Position numbers and translations under genes: made by a program
The notes under the pieces: model-generated
Database searches by the model: none
What the model saw: only the letters and a program-made list of their open reading frames with translations
Told to the model about the DNA's origin: nothing
Origin: Octopus sinensis
Taxonomy: Eukaryota
DNA length: 64,000 bases
NCBI RefSeq assembly: GCF_006345805.1
Contig: NC_043019.1
Span: 19,591,360-19,655,359 of the forward strand
Reading direction: 5' to 3'
Shown here: one piece after another, positions 13,950 through 26,479 of the stretch
How positions within the stretch are numbered: position 1 is the first letter of the stretch
How the letters are laid out: each line of letters begins with the position of its first letter

Positions 13950-15410
13950 CTAAGTAAGTACATTCGTATGAAGCTAATGTGTGTATATGTATATTCTGTG
14001 TTTGAGGCCATCTGATGTTGGTGTGTGTTGTAGGAAGATGTGAATTGTGTCATAATGGATGGAGGTGTTACATGGAATAGAGTGGTAGGTGTTGGGAAGA
14101 GTGGGATGAAAGTGTGTGTGGAGTAGGGAGAAGGAGGGTGGGATGCAGGTGGGATGTATTTGCTGTTTGGACATCGTGTGCCTGGTGTTGGCCAATGCAT
14201 TGAATGGTGTAGAGTAGGTGTGTTGTGGATGGGGCATTAAGAAAGTGGGAGGTATGTAGTAAGTGTAGGTATGTGTGGAGGTGGCGTTTAAATGAAGGGA
14301 GGTGGAGAATGTAGACTGGGGGGGTGGCTGATGTGTACAAAAAAAAATCAACTCCTGCTCTAGAACAAAGGAGGGAGTCTGGGTGGCCTCTGTATCAGGC
14401 CTGTCAAAACAGAGACATTGCAAAGAGTGACCATTCCAGCAGAAATAGCATGGGACTGGGTGGAGGGATGATTTTCGAATCTGATGTCCCAAAGGTGTTT
14501 GGCACAATGGTGAGTTAGTTGCCAGCTTGTTTGACCAGTCTATGAGGAGTGACCAAAGCGAGCAGAGGATAGAGGTGAATGAGTTGGCAAAGGGGTAAGA
14601 ATTGATTGTGGTTACTGGTGAGGAAGAGTCAGGAGTAGGAGCCTGGATGAGAACAAGGGAAGGAGGGAGGCTGAGTGCCAGGAATGGGGGAGGAGCTGCT
14701 ATGGACCAGGTTGGTCACGTAGGTTGTGGGTGTGTTTGAAGGAGGGGAATGGTGGGTTGGGGGAAGATGTGGATGGTGGAGGGGTCAAATAAGTGGGCAG
14801 AGAGCATGTAAAAGGGTGTGTTGGAAGGGTGGGGTGGGAGGAATGGTAGATATGGGGTAAATGGAGGCAAGTAAAGGTGGGGTGGGTGTGGGGAGAGGGA
14901 GACTCGATGCACAATCAACAGACCAGGCATGAGCAAAAGCAGTAAGGACAACAGTGGTGGGCAACCGCTTTGGGTGAAGTTGGGACTGAGTCTCAAAGTC
15001 AGAGCCAGCAGAGGTGGAGGAAGTGAAAGTAAGAGATGAAAGGTTTGGTGTGGGTAGAGTGGGAGGAAGAGAAGTTGAGGTGGGTCTTATGATGGATGAG
15101 GGTGGCAAGAGAGGAGTGGTGGTTGGAAACAGAAATATCTAGATAGTTGGAGACAGAGCAGGAGAATTTAAGGGTAGAATGATAGGACTGGATGGATGAG
15201 AGGAAGGAGACAAGTTGTTGGTGAGAGGAGAGTGAGGTGGCACCAATACAGTTGTAAGTCAAATGATCACATGGCTCAGAAGTGAGACCAGTAAACGGAG
15301 AGAATATTTGGGCTTTAACGTAACCAATAAACAAGTTTATGTAGTTGGGACCCACTCTTATTGCCATAGTCACTCCCGAGACCTGATGGTATAAACTCTC
15401 CTGCAAATAA
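13950..15410 (-). mobile_element. Penelope-like element (RT + GIY-YIG), degenerate
   Basis: YHQVSGVTM..GPNYINLFIG, LKFS..YLDISV (PLE RT) and GHQIR..PVPCYF..GHS..LEQELIF (GIY-YIG C-terminal half). Confidence 0.8.
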
Positions 15411-15816
15411 GAAGTAATTCAAGGAGAGAACCAGTTCAACCAAATGGAGGGGCTGATTCTAATTGAAAACATTTAAATAACATGAAATACAGTCGAATAT
15501 TGCCATTGATAAGAAGACCAATCTTTTTCAAGAAAACAGAGCCTATACTATACAAGCAAGGGATCAGAAACTTGGCAAAAAAAAAAAGTCTCAAAGTTGA
15601 ATTTCTGAAATTGGTGGCACAAATTACCAATTTTAACCAAACTGAACATGTAATGGAAGGTTTGAACGAGATAGTGAAAATGTTCATCTCTTACTGAGCT
15701 GGAAGAAGTTTACACTGAATTAGATGTTAAATTAACGTTTTATTACAATGGTTATTAAGTTACTGTAGGCTACTGAGTGTGTGTGTGTGTGCATGCGTAT
15801 GTGTGTCTATGTATAT

Positions 15817-15848
<32 letters not shown>

Positions 15849-16015
15849 TTAGCGTCCGTTTTCCGTGCTAGCATGGGTTGGACGGTTCTACTGGGGTCTG
15901 TGAAGCCAGAAGGCTTCATCAGGCCCAGTCAAATCTGGCAGTGTTTCTACGGCTGGATGCCCTTCCTAACGCCAACCACTCCGTGAGTGTAGTGGGTGCT
16001 TTTTACGTGCCACCT
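15817..16015 (-). mobile_element. RTE 3' tail fragment
   Basis: (CAT)n followed by ttagcgtccgttttccgtgctagcatgggttgg. Confidence 0.85.
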
Positions 16016-16077
16016 ATATATATATATAGACACACACACACATATATACTGGTCTGGCTCTCATATGGATATTATAA

Positions 16078-16368
16078 GAGTTCCAGTTGATTTGATCAAT
16101 AGAACAGCCTGCTCAGTAAATTAGCATGCAAATGGCTGAGTACTCCACAGACTCACATGCCATTAATGTAATCCTTGGGGAGATTCAGCATGACACAGAA
16201 TGTGACAAGGCTGGCCCTTAATTACAGGTACAATTCATATTTACCAGATGAGTGGACTGCAGCAATGTGAAGTAAAGTGTCTTGCTCAAGGACACAAAGC
16301 GCTGCTGGGAATTGAATCACGACCTTGCAATTGTGAACCAAATATACACCAACCACTAAGCCGTGTGG
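16078..16368 (-). mobile_element. tRNA-headed SINE family C
   Basis: Minus strand cggcttagtggtt...gtcgtgattcaattccc...gtgtccttgagcaagacacttta; a second copy lies at 60080-60236. Confidence 0.75.
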
Positions 16369-16374
16369 TATACA

Positions 16375-16428
<54 letters not shown>

Positions 16429-16429
16429 C

Positions 16430-16472
<43 letters not shown>

Positions 16473-16478
16473 CCTACC

Positions 16479-16560
<82 letters not shown>
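16375..16560. repeat. (CTAT)n-(CT)n-(TA)n compound microsatellite
   Basis: Directly visible. Confidence 0.95.
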
Positions 16561-16561
<1 letters not shown>

Positions 16562-17634
16562 CAATGATGATGATGTATACATACATATATATATGTATAC
16601 ATATATATATGTTTATATGAAGTTCTGATTCAGCACAAATAGCTGATTTGGTTGGTATATATATACTTTATGAAATAGCAGACCAGTTCCCAAGCATCGG
16701 GGGAGGTCTATATCGTGATGACTGTTTACTCCACCTTCAAAATGTTTCTAACCAGAAAGTACAAAAAGTTTAGAATAGTTTGGTTAAGCTTTACTGTAGA
16801 ATGGGCTTAGGCATCGTTTTTGGATAGTACACTTAACTTACACAATAATTCGTACTTCCCATGCCACAAACCATCGACCAATCTTAAGTATATTAGCCAA
16901 TTCAGTAATCATCCTAGGGCAATCGCTAAGAATTTAGTTTAAAATATTTCATTCAGATTGTCTAAGTTATCTGCAAATGTTGACATTTTCAACAATAAGG
17001 TTGAATTTTATATCTCTGCCTTACTTAAAGCAGGCTATACAAAAACAGTTACCAACATTAATCCTATTCAATCTTATTCTACCTTTAGTAATGGAGACAT
17101 GAAATCTAGTTGTAACGATTTGGACGTTTTTAGTTTTAATTCAGATGCCAACACCAAGCGGAGGAATAGTTTTTTACAGAGTAAGGGAGATAACCGTTAA
17201 GCCCCCTTTTTTTCATTCTAAAGGTAAATTGATGTCTTTTAAAGATAGTTACACTAAAAAAAGGCAGCTACGAGCAAAACTATTTGATTGATTATTCCTT
17301 ATGGGAGTCAAATTAAATCTAATCTTCCTTTCTAGTTTTGGGAAGCTATTATTAGGAATTTCCCAAAGAATTCTTGGTATTAGTCGATTATCAACTCACA
17401 CATGTTTAACATTAGCTTTTCTAACACAAAAAACCTTTCATAGATTATCTCTTCACATAAATAAGAATGCACGACCACCCTAACTCTGGCACCCCTACCT
17501 CTCTCTGCCTCACTGTCTTTCTCTCTCTCTAGGCCTCACTCTGTCTGTCTGTTTGTCTCTCTCTCTCTTGTGATTATCACTTGCTTCGCCAAGACTTCCT
17601 CCACCCCCACCCCCACCCTATATAAACCAGCGCA

Positions 17635-18068
17635 CGCACATGGACTCCCCTACACAATTTTTAATACCTCTGCCGAAGGATACGAATCTCAGAAGATGCT
17701 CAGATAAGAAGTTTTGTCTTTTCAACCTCGTTCGTCAACTCTTCTGTTTCTGCACAGATCATAAAACCCCTCATTAGTTCTTTTCATTATTCTCTCGATT
17801 TCATTACCATGTAAAATAGTTTCGTCTTCCTCGTTGTTGCCTTTAAGATAACCTTAGTTCATGCATGTCCTTAACCGCAACATATTCAGTTATTCAAGTT
17901 TATGACAGTCACTTGTTTCTCTAATTTTGTCATAGATTGGTTGACTGAAAACTTTCAGGTTTTTCAGTTCTATTTTACTATTATCGACATATAAACTAGT
18001 GCATGTGCTCGGATTCCCCTACTCGATTTTTAATACCTCTGCTGAAAGAATATATATCCAGAAGATTT
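17635..18068 (+). repeat. ~65-bp diverged direct repeat (17635-17700 and 18000-18068)
   Basis: ggactcccctacacaatttttaatacctctgccgaagg versus ggattcccctactcgatttttaatacctctgctgaaag. Confidence 0.65.
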
Positions 18069-18075
18069 GAGCAAG

Positions 18076-18294
18076 GCCGTTGCCAGTACTGCCTGACTGG
18101 CCCTCATACCGGTGGCACGTAAAAGCACCCAATGCACTTTCAGAGTGATTGGCATTAGGAAGGGCATCCAGCTGTAGAAACCCTGCCAGATCAGATTGAA
18201 GCCTGGTGCAGCCATCTGGTTTGCCAGTCCTCAGTCAAATCGTCCAACCCATGCTAGCATGGAAAGCGGACGTTAAACGATGATGATGATGATG
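18076..18294 (+). mobile_element. RTE 3' tail inserted into the PLE
   Basis: Family 3'UTR ending ggacgttaaacgatgatgatgatgatga. Confidence 0.9.
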
Positions 18295-19008
18295 AAGGCT
18301 ATTGCCTCTGAAGTCAATTCCAACAGAATTAAGTTTATGTCAAGTAACTCTAAAATTAAAAATTCTATATACCAGTGTAAAATTACTTCTGGTACCAATG
18401 TCTTCTTTTTATATAGGTAGTTCTTCTCAGTTATCTAAAAGAATTTCTAATCATTACTCTACATTTAGGGATAGTAATAAATGCAACAGTACAGGGCTTA
18501 GCAAATTAATTTGGTATCTAAAAGATCCTAATAAACAATTTAATTTAGATTGTTTGATTCTCTTCATTTCATTCCCATATGATAAGGGCAAAGAATTCTG
18601 CCAACTCTGTAATAGTGAACCATTTTCTAAGAATCCCCTTGTAAACACGCTTATAGAGTGTGCTTATCGGTGTAAACATTGGCAGAAACATATCACTAGT
18701 TCATATAAGTGATATTTTTTATTCTATATAATTTGGACATTGATTTTCTTCTAACATTTACTTCCACTAGATATATCTATTTCCAAGCCTTTAAGCTTTT
18801 ATTTTAATTCAGATATCGCTCTATATTTCCACCTTTATTAGTTTTCTGCCTATTTCTTTCCTTTACTCCTTCTCTTTCCATAAGCTACTTTTGACATTAT
18901 ATCTTCTAAGGTTTTTTTTTTTAAATTTAATAGCGATCCATTCATGATCATATGCAGTCATCACATTCTGTTAAAATGTTTTATTGATGAGTTTGGTTTC
19001 TTTCTTTC

Positions 19009-19133
19009 TTTCCCTGATGAGAAGATTACATTGTTTTACACCATTTTAGAAATGGCAGACCAGTTCCCAAGCATCAGTGGAGGTCTATATCGTGATATAG
19101 TCTTTGATATCGTCTTTGAAACATATGTTGGAA
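19009..19133 (+). ncRNA. Type-I hammerhead-like motif in PLE terminal repeat (canonical core, large loop II)
   Basis: ttcc CTGATGA gaaga...tcttt GAAA CATATG TT ggaa: stem I ttcc/ggaa and palindromic stem III ACATATGT. Confidence 0.6.
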
Positions 19134-19320
19134 GTAAAAGAATTTGAATAACACCTGTGTTTAACTCCATTTATTTATATATATATATATGATGATGTGT
19201 ACATACATATATATATATATATGCATACACTCACTCACACACACACACACTCATACACACACACATATATACATACATACATATATCTATATATATGTTT
19301 ATATCTATAAATCTCTTTCT

Positions 19321-19360
<40 letters not shown>

Positions 19361-19361
19361 T

Positions 19362-19403
<42 letters not shown>

Positions 19404-19424
19404 TGTGTGTATATTTATATATAC

Positions 19425-19530
19425 ATGTGCCAGATTGGAGCCTGGTACAACCTTCTGGCTTGCCAGTCCTCAGTCAAACCATTCAACTCATGCCAGCATG
19501 GAAAGTGGATGTCAAATGACGATGATGAAG
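19425..19530 (+). mobile_element. RTE 3' tail fragment
   Basis: gccagattggagcctggtacaacc...gcatggaaagtggatgtcaaatgacgatgatga. Confidence 0.8.
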
Positions 19531-19562
19531 TATATATATATATATATATATATATGTACATC

Positions 19563-19968
19563 AAGTAGCTTGCTTACCAACCACATGGTTCTGGGTTCAG
19601 TCCCACTGCATGGCACCTTGGGCAAGTGTCTTCTACTATAGCCTTGGCCCGACCAAAGCCTTGTGAGTGGATTTGGTAGACAGAAACTGAAAGAAGCCCG
19701 TCATATATATGTATATGTATGACGGGCTTCTTTCAGTTTCTGTCTACCAAATCCACTGTGCGTGTTTGTGTGTCTGTGTTTGTCCCCCACAACATCGCTT
19801 GACAACCGATGCTGGTGTGTTTACGTCCCCGTAACTAAGCAGTTCGGCAAAAAGAGGCCGATAGAATAAGTACTAGGCTTACAAAGAATAAGTCCTGGGG
19901 TCGATATGCTCGACTAAAGGTGGTGCTCCAGCATGGCCACAGCCAAATGACTGAAACAAGTAAAAGAA
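19563..19968 (+). mobile_element. SINE family B (CORE-like), near full length, with internal 39-bp inverted duplication
   Basis: B-box-like gggttcagtccc, ggcaccttgggcaagtgtctt, 3' end gactgaaacaagtaaaaga. Confidence 0.9.
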
Positions 19969-20166
19969 AGTGTATATTTATATATATATATAATAATAAT
20001 AAATATTAGGGAATAAATCCAAATTTACAGGGAAAAAATCAGATTTAGGATTAAATCCAATTTTATAGTAAAATATTAAAAATATTATTTTTACTTTTTA
20101 TTAAAATTTTATGTATTGACTAAGTCTTTCCTTGTTTGTTTTACAAAATAGTGGTTTTGTCTCTAA

Positions 20167-20224
<58 letters not shown>

Positions 20225-20254
20225 AGCATTGCAATGCAATGTTGAATAAAACAG

Positions 20255-21388
20255 AATTATGACACTTGCACATTTATTTGATATAACCACTTCTGTTTCG
20301 AATTACGTCCTTCAGTCTTGGTGTGAGTGCTTCACATGTGGCATGCAGTTGTTCTTGCAGAATCAAAGCCCATTCCTAGCACAGTTTTACCTTCTGAACA
20401 TTGAGCAAAATATGAGGAGTGTTCGAGATCGTTGTCTCCAAAATGGATCAAACAGAAAAATCCAACGAGTTGAGATCAAGGTTTCTTCAGGGTTATACAT
20501 CCTTGCCTATGAATGGTGGAATGTTGGATGATGGATGATGTTGAGTCCTGTTGGAGGCTCCAAGGTACACCTTGAAAGTTCTCATTCACCCATGGAAGCA
20601 GTTCAGCTTCCAGAATGTCACTAATGTATTACTGGGTCTTAATTTTAACACCCGAGGGCACAAAAAAGAAGGGGAGACCTTCCAGTATCTTCACAGCTTC
20701 CCAAACCATAACTGACTGTGGATTTTGATGTTGATTTATGAGTCTACCCTCAATGGAGCCAGACACACTCTGAAGTCAGTCATTCTGGTGGTTTACTGTC
20801 TGTTCAATGTCAAATTTCTCTTCATCCATGAACACCCAGGTTTGGCAGTGTGTCTTCAGCAATCTGATGCAGAATAAGACAGCTTCTCTCCAGTCTCATG
20901 GCCTTATAAACTTACGTGAGCTCATAACAGCAGATCATCTTTTTGGGGGCTGGGTTCTGAGATCCTCCTTCAGTACTCAGTACTTTAATGTTCAGCTATT
21001 TTTGCTGTGGAATGACAAGAATTTCACCGTATCTTTTTTCTGGTACTTTTGATAGGCTGAAGGATCTACACACTTCTTTTTCAGCCACATCCAGGCCAAT
21101 CAGCTGTGGAACCAGCCTCTTGAAATTTCTTGACAATTTCCCAGGCTTTTGTTTGGTTAATGTTAAGCTTTTTTGCTATAGCTGTATTACCTTCACCTCC
21201 TTTGAGGGGGGTTATGCTTGTATTTCCGTCTATAGCCATCATCTAATTTATAAATCTGAATTTATTTAGTCTGAGACAAAAAGAAGACACACTAAGCTTT
21301 TATGATGATGCATAATTTTTATATCTTATCACATTTATTGATAGTTATGAGAGCCTGAAACATCGGTTGCCTGAATCTCTGGACACCA
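20255..21388 (-). mobile_element. maT/DD37D-like Tc1-mariner element, decayed
   Basis: Minus: KKLNIN..WEIVKKFQEAG, FMDEEKF..NHQND, SVMVW..VPSGVKI, QQDS, DLNSLDFSV; one TIR-like end tggtgtccagagattcag next to (TA)n. Confidence 0.75.
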
Positions 21389-21389
21389 T

Positions 21390-21447
<58 letters not shown>

Positions 21448-21545
21448 CATACACATACATATATATGTAAGTATGTATGTATGTATGTATCTATATATTC
21501 AAATATAAATTAGAAGCAACTCATCTTCATGCACAGACACTCTCT

Positions 21546-21579
<34 letters not shown>

Positions 21580-21978
21580 AGTACATATACTAAGGAATGA
21601 CAAAATTATTGCATTTGTTATTTGGTTACAGTCATTTGGATAATTAGTGGATTTTTTATATTAATTAACAATGCTGGATCATACAATTAAAAAATTATGT
21701 AAATCTATACAATGTTGAATGGCAGTTCCATCAATCATCTCTTCAGACTAGTTCCACTACCAGTGCATATAGCTGAATTTAGCCTAATGAATATAACGAG
21801 AGGCAGGAACTTAGAAGATCAGTGTAATTAATTTAACAGCAAGTTGTCATACTATTGAGAAATGCCCAATTTAGAGGAGTTATGAAGACAATGTGTGCTC
21901 TGAGTTCTTCATTTATAACCAACCAAGACCACACACACACGCACACACAAGAAACTGTTACACTTGTTGTATGTTCAT

Positions 21979-22990
21979 ATCATCATCATCATCATCAACA
22001 TTGTTTAACGTCTGTTTTCCGTGCTAGCATGGGTTGGATGGTTTGACCGGGGATCTGGGAAGCCAGGAGGCTGCACCAGGCTCCAGTCTGATCTGGCAGT
22101 GTTTTCTACAGCTTGATGCCTTTCCTAATGCCAACCACTCCGTGAGTGTAGTGGGTGCTTTTTACGTGCTACCAGCACAGGGGCCAGAGGGGGCTGGCAA
22201 ATGGTCATGATTGGTTGGTGCTTTTTACGTGCCACCGGCACAGGTATCACAGCTACAATTTCCATTTGATATTTATTTATTTTGATGTTGATGTACTTGA
22301 CTCAATAGGTCTCCCCAAGCACAGCAGGTCACCCTATGATCCAAGGTAAGCACAGCAGGTCGTTCTGCAATCCAAGGTACTTTGGATGGGCTGTGGCTGC
22401 TATGCGAAACTGGTGCAGGAAACAGCCATGAACTCACGTTATTTGTCGGGTCTTCGCAGTCATAGCATATCTCCAGAGATCTCAGTCTTTCGAAGGTCAT
22501 GCTTGACCACCTCATCCCATGTCTTCCTGGGTCTACTTCTACCCTGGATTCCTTCAACAGTTTGGGAGTGGCATTTCTTCACACATCTCTCCTCATCCAT
22601 CCGCAGTACATGACCATACCAACGCAAACATCTCTCCTGCATGCCACATCTGATGCTTCTTATGTCCAACATTTTTCTCAGGGTGCTTACACTATGTTGT
22701 GCATGGATACTGACATTGCACATCCAGCAGATCGTGCTAGCTTCATTTCTTAGCCTATGCATGTCCTCAGCAGTCACAGCCCATGTTTCACTGCTGTGAA
22801 GCATGGCAGTTCGCACACATGCGTCGTACAATCTACCTTTCACTCTGAGCGAGACCCTTTATCACCAGTAGGGGAAGAAGCTTTCTAAACTTTGCCCAGG
22901 CTATTCTTATTCTAGTGGTAACACTCTCTGAGCATCCACCCCCTCTACTAACTTGGTCACCTAGGTAGCGGAAACTATCAACTACTTCTA
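21979..22990 (-). mobile_element. RTE LINE 3' fragment
   Basis: VDSFRYLGD, TRIRIAWAKF, GRLYDACVRTAMLHSSETWA, LRWYGHVLRMDE; (CAT)n tail on the left. Confidence 0.9.
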
Positions 22991-23074
22991 TGCATATATA
23001 CACACACATATGTACATACATAGATATATATGTATATAGGTATGCATATATGGGTGCAGGATGTCACAAGATGT

Positions 23075-23275
23075 AAACAACATGAAATACGAAAATAACG
23101 AGCGAAATAAATGGAAAACAAGGCAAGTAACATTAAAAAAAAACAACCCTTCATCAGTTGTCAGCTGACCTTCTGCTCCTTATTTCGAGCAAAGAACGAC
23201 AAGATAAGACTTTGAAGGCAGTTGCTCCCACAAACCAAAATAAAATTTGGGATTTGCAGAGGGTCAAAGAAAAAA
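23075..23275. mobile_element. PLE-terminal-repeat-like fragment related to 61185-61565
   Basis: Shares aaatggaaaacaag..caacccttcatcagttgtc..tttcgagc with the 61.2-kb element. Confidence 0.55.
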
Positions 23276-23286
23276 ACAATATATAC

Positions 23287-23350
<64 letters not shown>

Positions 23351-23544
23351 GTTAAAAAAAGTGATAACTTATCACAATATTTTTAGAAGTGGCATTAGTT
23401 GGAGGAAGAGAAATATAAGAGAAATTCAAGAGAAAGTCTTCAAAAGATAAGAACATGGAATTAGACTGAAGGTAGAGAATAAATCGATTGCTACAAGAGT
23501 GTGATTGGATATTATTAGCTCTTCCTCCTCCCCCTCATCATCAT

Positions 23545-23680
23545 CCTCATTATTATTATTATTATTTAACATCTGCTTTCCATGCTGGCATGGGTTGGAC
23601 TGTTTGACAGGATCTGACAAACTGCAAGGCTGCATTGAGCTCAAGTATCAGATCTGCTATAATTTCTATAGCTAGATACC
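23545..23680 (-). mobile_element. RTE 3' tail fragment
   Basis: tttaacatctgctttccatgctggcatgggttgg. Confidence 0.75.
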
Positions 23681-24379
23681 CATTCTAGATACCCATTCTG
23701 GTACCCACTGTTTTACAGAGCTAACTTGCAAGACAGGAAAAGAAGAGGGACAAATGAAAAAGTAGCCCCTACTAATTGGGGAGTATTTGTGAGAGGGGAA
23801 AGTGGAGGTGGGTGACTTTATGTCAGGTGCTGAATGCTAAAATATGATGGAGGGAGGAACTCAGGTGTCCTGGTGTCGAGAGGAAATCTATTGCTGAGGA
23901 GATAAAAGGAAGATGGTGATGGAGAGTCAGAAGAAACTCTCAAGGTACAAGAAAGTGAACATAAGAAATGATATGGACAGTGGCTGGTGGGAGGGGACGA
24001 GAGGTTGAGTATTTTCATAAGAGGGTTAAAGATGGGGGTGGAGGTGAATATAGTGAGTGATGAAAAAATGTGGAGGTTTGGTTGAAAGGAAATGGCAACA
24101 TGGAGAAGATTAATGTGGAAGATTAGTTACAGAGGAAATAATTTATGCAGGAAGTATTAACATCTAAAAGACATTTTATCACACTTGTGATAAAGCTAGA
24201 GTAACACAATGAATAAGAATGCTATCATTAACCCTATTCAAATTAAGTAAGTTTGCTAATTGGAATTTTAAAGTATGTTTTATTGAATTGGTGGGAACAT
24301 TAGATAAGGATTATTGAGGCATGCAAGCCAGCACATCACAACAACGACTGGATCTTGTGATGACAGACTAGAACTTTTG

Positions 24380-25090
24380 TTGGTTATCCAGTGTAAATAA
24401 TGGACATGCAGGAGTTGTAGTGGCATTATGGGCAGGCTAACAATAAGGGTAGCCCTCATATGTGGGCAGTGCACATGGGTATTAAGTGGAAAAAAGACCT
24501 GATGGGAAACAGATCCTAACAACCACTGAGAAGGGTCCTTAGAAGTAATTGACAGCTTTTGTTTGCTGGGTTACCTTGTTAGTAGGGATGCTGACAGGGG
24601 TTTTACAAAGCATTGTAACCACACTAAGAACATAGAGGAGAACATTCTAGTTGCTACTGTATCTCTGTTAGTAAGAAATACACTCTCCATCAATATCATG
24701 TTACACGATGTTTGAGAAGTGCAATGCTGCATATTAGTGAGCGTTAAGCAGGCTTTGTATGAAAACTCGAAAGAAATGAAGCAATTGTGGTTTGTTGGGA
24801 GTGAAATGTTGCTGTGTGCAGGTGATGGAGTACAAACAGGTTGGCTACAAGAGGCATTAAATGTTGTGTGGAACAAAGAAGATTGCTTTGGCTGTTTTGA
24901 ATGGATGAAGTGAGCTGTATAAAAAAAAATATGATGAGCATTTAAAGTGGGTGGAAGCTGTGTTGGAGGAAGGCCTAGAAATATATGGAATGAAATGGCA
25001 AAGGCTGTTCTGAAGATGCTCAAAAAAGGGATGATAAAGGACAATGAAAGGGGCCATATACAGGGCTGGAGAAGAGACACATTTCTTTAC
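24380..25090 (+). mobile_element. Old RTE ORF2 C-terminal fragment
   Basis: LEVIDSFCLLGYLVS and degraded MLH.SE/WFGC..MD motifs. Confidence 0.6.
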
Positions 25091-26171
25091 AAGTATGACA
25101 ATAAAAATGCTGAAATGAAGGTAACTGAGATGCTTTCAATGCATTCAGCCTTGATCCTCTTTGCCTCTCTTTCATTCAATTGCCTCTTCACAGTGGCCTT
25201 TCTGCCTCCCTAATACATCTTAGCTGTCTCTCTCACTCTCTACCACCACTCTCCTTCCTTGCTCATATAAGCACTGGATCTTCTCACCCTCAACTGAACA
25301 CACTCATCATTGAATGAGAAGATTTGGAACAGTTGATTCAATGCCGATGGTTTTAGCACAGCTAACTGAACCAACAACCACTTTGGCAAATACACACAGA
25401 CACACAGACACCAGCACAGGCAGAAATATTCATATACAGAGAGTGAGAGGGAGAGAGAGAGAGGGGTAGGAAGGGAAAGAGCGAAGTGGTAGTGGGAGGA
25501 AGCAAGACAAAAATTAAAATACTTGATATCTAATTAGTGTTGAATCAGCTTGGGAAATATGTGACACCAAAACAGCTGTGCCAGGATGTCTCACACACTC
25601 CTCATCACTCTCTCTTTTCCTCACTAACCACTCACACTGCTCTTTCCTGTTTATTACTCTCACCTCAACCATTTTCACCCTCTCACAACAATAACTCTTT
25701 TCCTCCCAACATCTTTTCATACCTCAACCCAACTTTAGCTTAAGCCATCGCCTTCTCTTTTCTTCTCCCTTTCAGTGTTGTGGACACTCTTTAGTCTTGT
25801 GAGTTAGAAAATGACTTCACTACTGCTGGTGTCACAATAAGATACATTTAGGACACTTTGATGAATCGAATAGCAACAAAGTAGGGTTGAGAGAAATGTT
25901 TAATGTTGATGAGGTGTAACGACCTATCAGCTCCTGGTACCATGATAAAAGACATCCAAGGAAGAAATGGCCCTTGAAATTATTTAGGAAGGCATTAGCT
26001 TCATTAAAAGAATCCTTGGGGCCATCATAAACAATTTAACCCATACCAACTTAGAAAATGGACATAAATGATGATGATGGTAATGGTGAGGAGAGTGATG
26101 GTGATGATGATGTAAGTATTATGATCATGCACATCACAACAACTTGTAAGACATACAAATTCTCATACACA

Positions 26172-26325
26172 TGTAGCAGTAGAGTTAAGAAGCTGGCTTC
26201 CCAACCATGTGGTTTTGCGGTTCAATCCCACTGCATAGCAGCTTAGGCAATTGTCATCTATTATAGCCCTGGGCTGACTAAAGCCTTGTGAGTGGATTTG
26301 GTAGATGAAAACTGAAAGAAGCCTA
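26172..26325 (+). mobile_element. SINE family B, 5' part
   Basis: aagaagctggcttcccaacc..ggttcaatccc..aaagccttgtgagtggatttggtaga. Confidence 0.75.
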
Positions 26326-26479
26326 GGGGGCTTATATGCCCTAATTTTAGACTATTTTCTGTAGCCAATATTCAGTGAAGGCTTATTTTATTTACACACA
26401 GACACATTTTCTCTCTCTCTCTCACCTTCCTCTCTTTCACCCCTCGCTGCCCCCCCCCCCCTTCACTCTCTCACTGGAA

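Larger units (their letters stand above)
16670..19170 (+). mobile_element. 5'-truncated Penelope-like element (RT C-terminus, GIY-YIG, pLTR-like end), interrupted
   Basis: GGLYRDDCL, HKP..YISQFSNHP, RLSKLS..IFN..LKAGY; then FYIGSS..RISNHYSTF..TGLSKLIWYLK..CQLC..CKH at 18395-18700. Confidence 0.85.

Noticed and set aside
15410-15720. Short ORF MKYSRILPLIRR..
   Set aside because: No recognisable motif or splice support.
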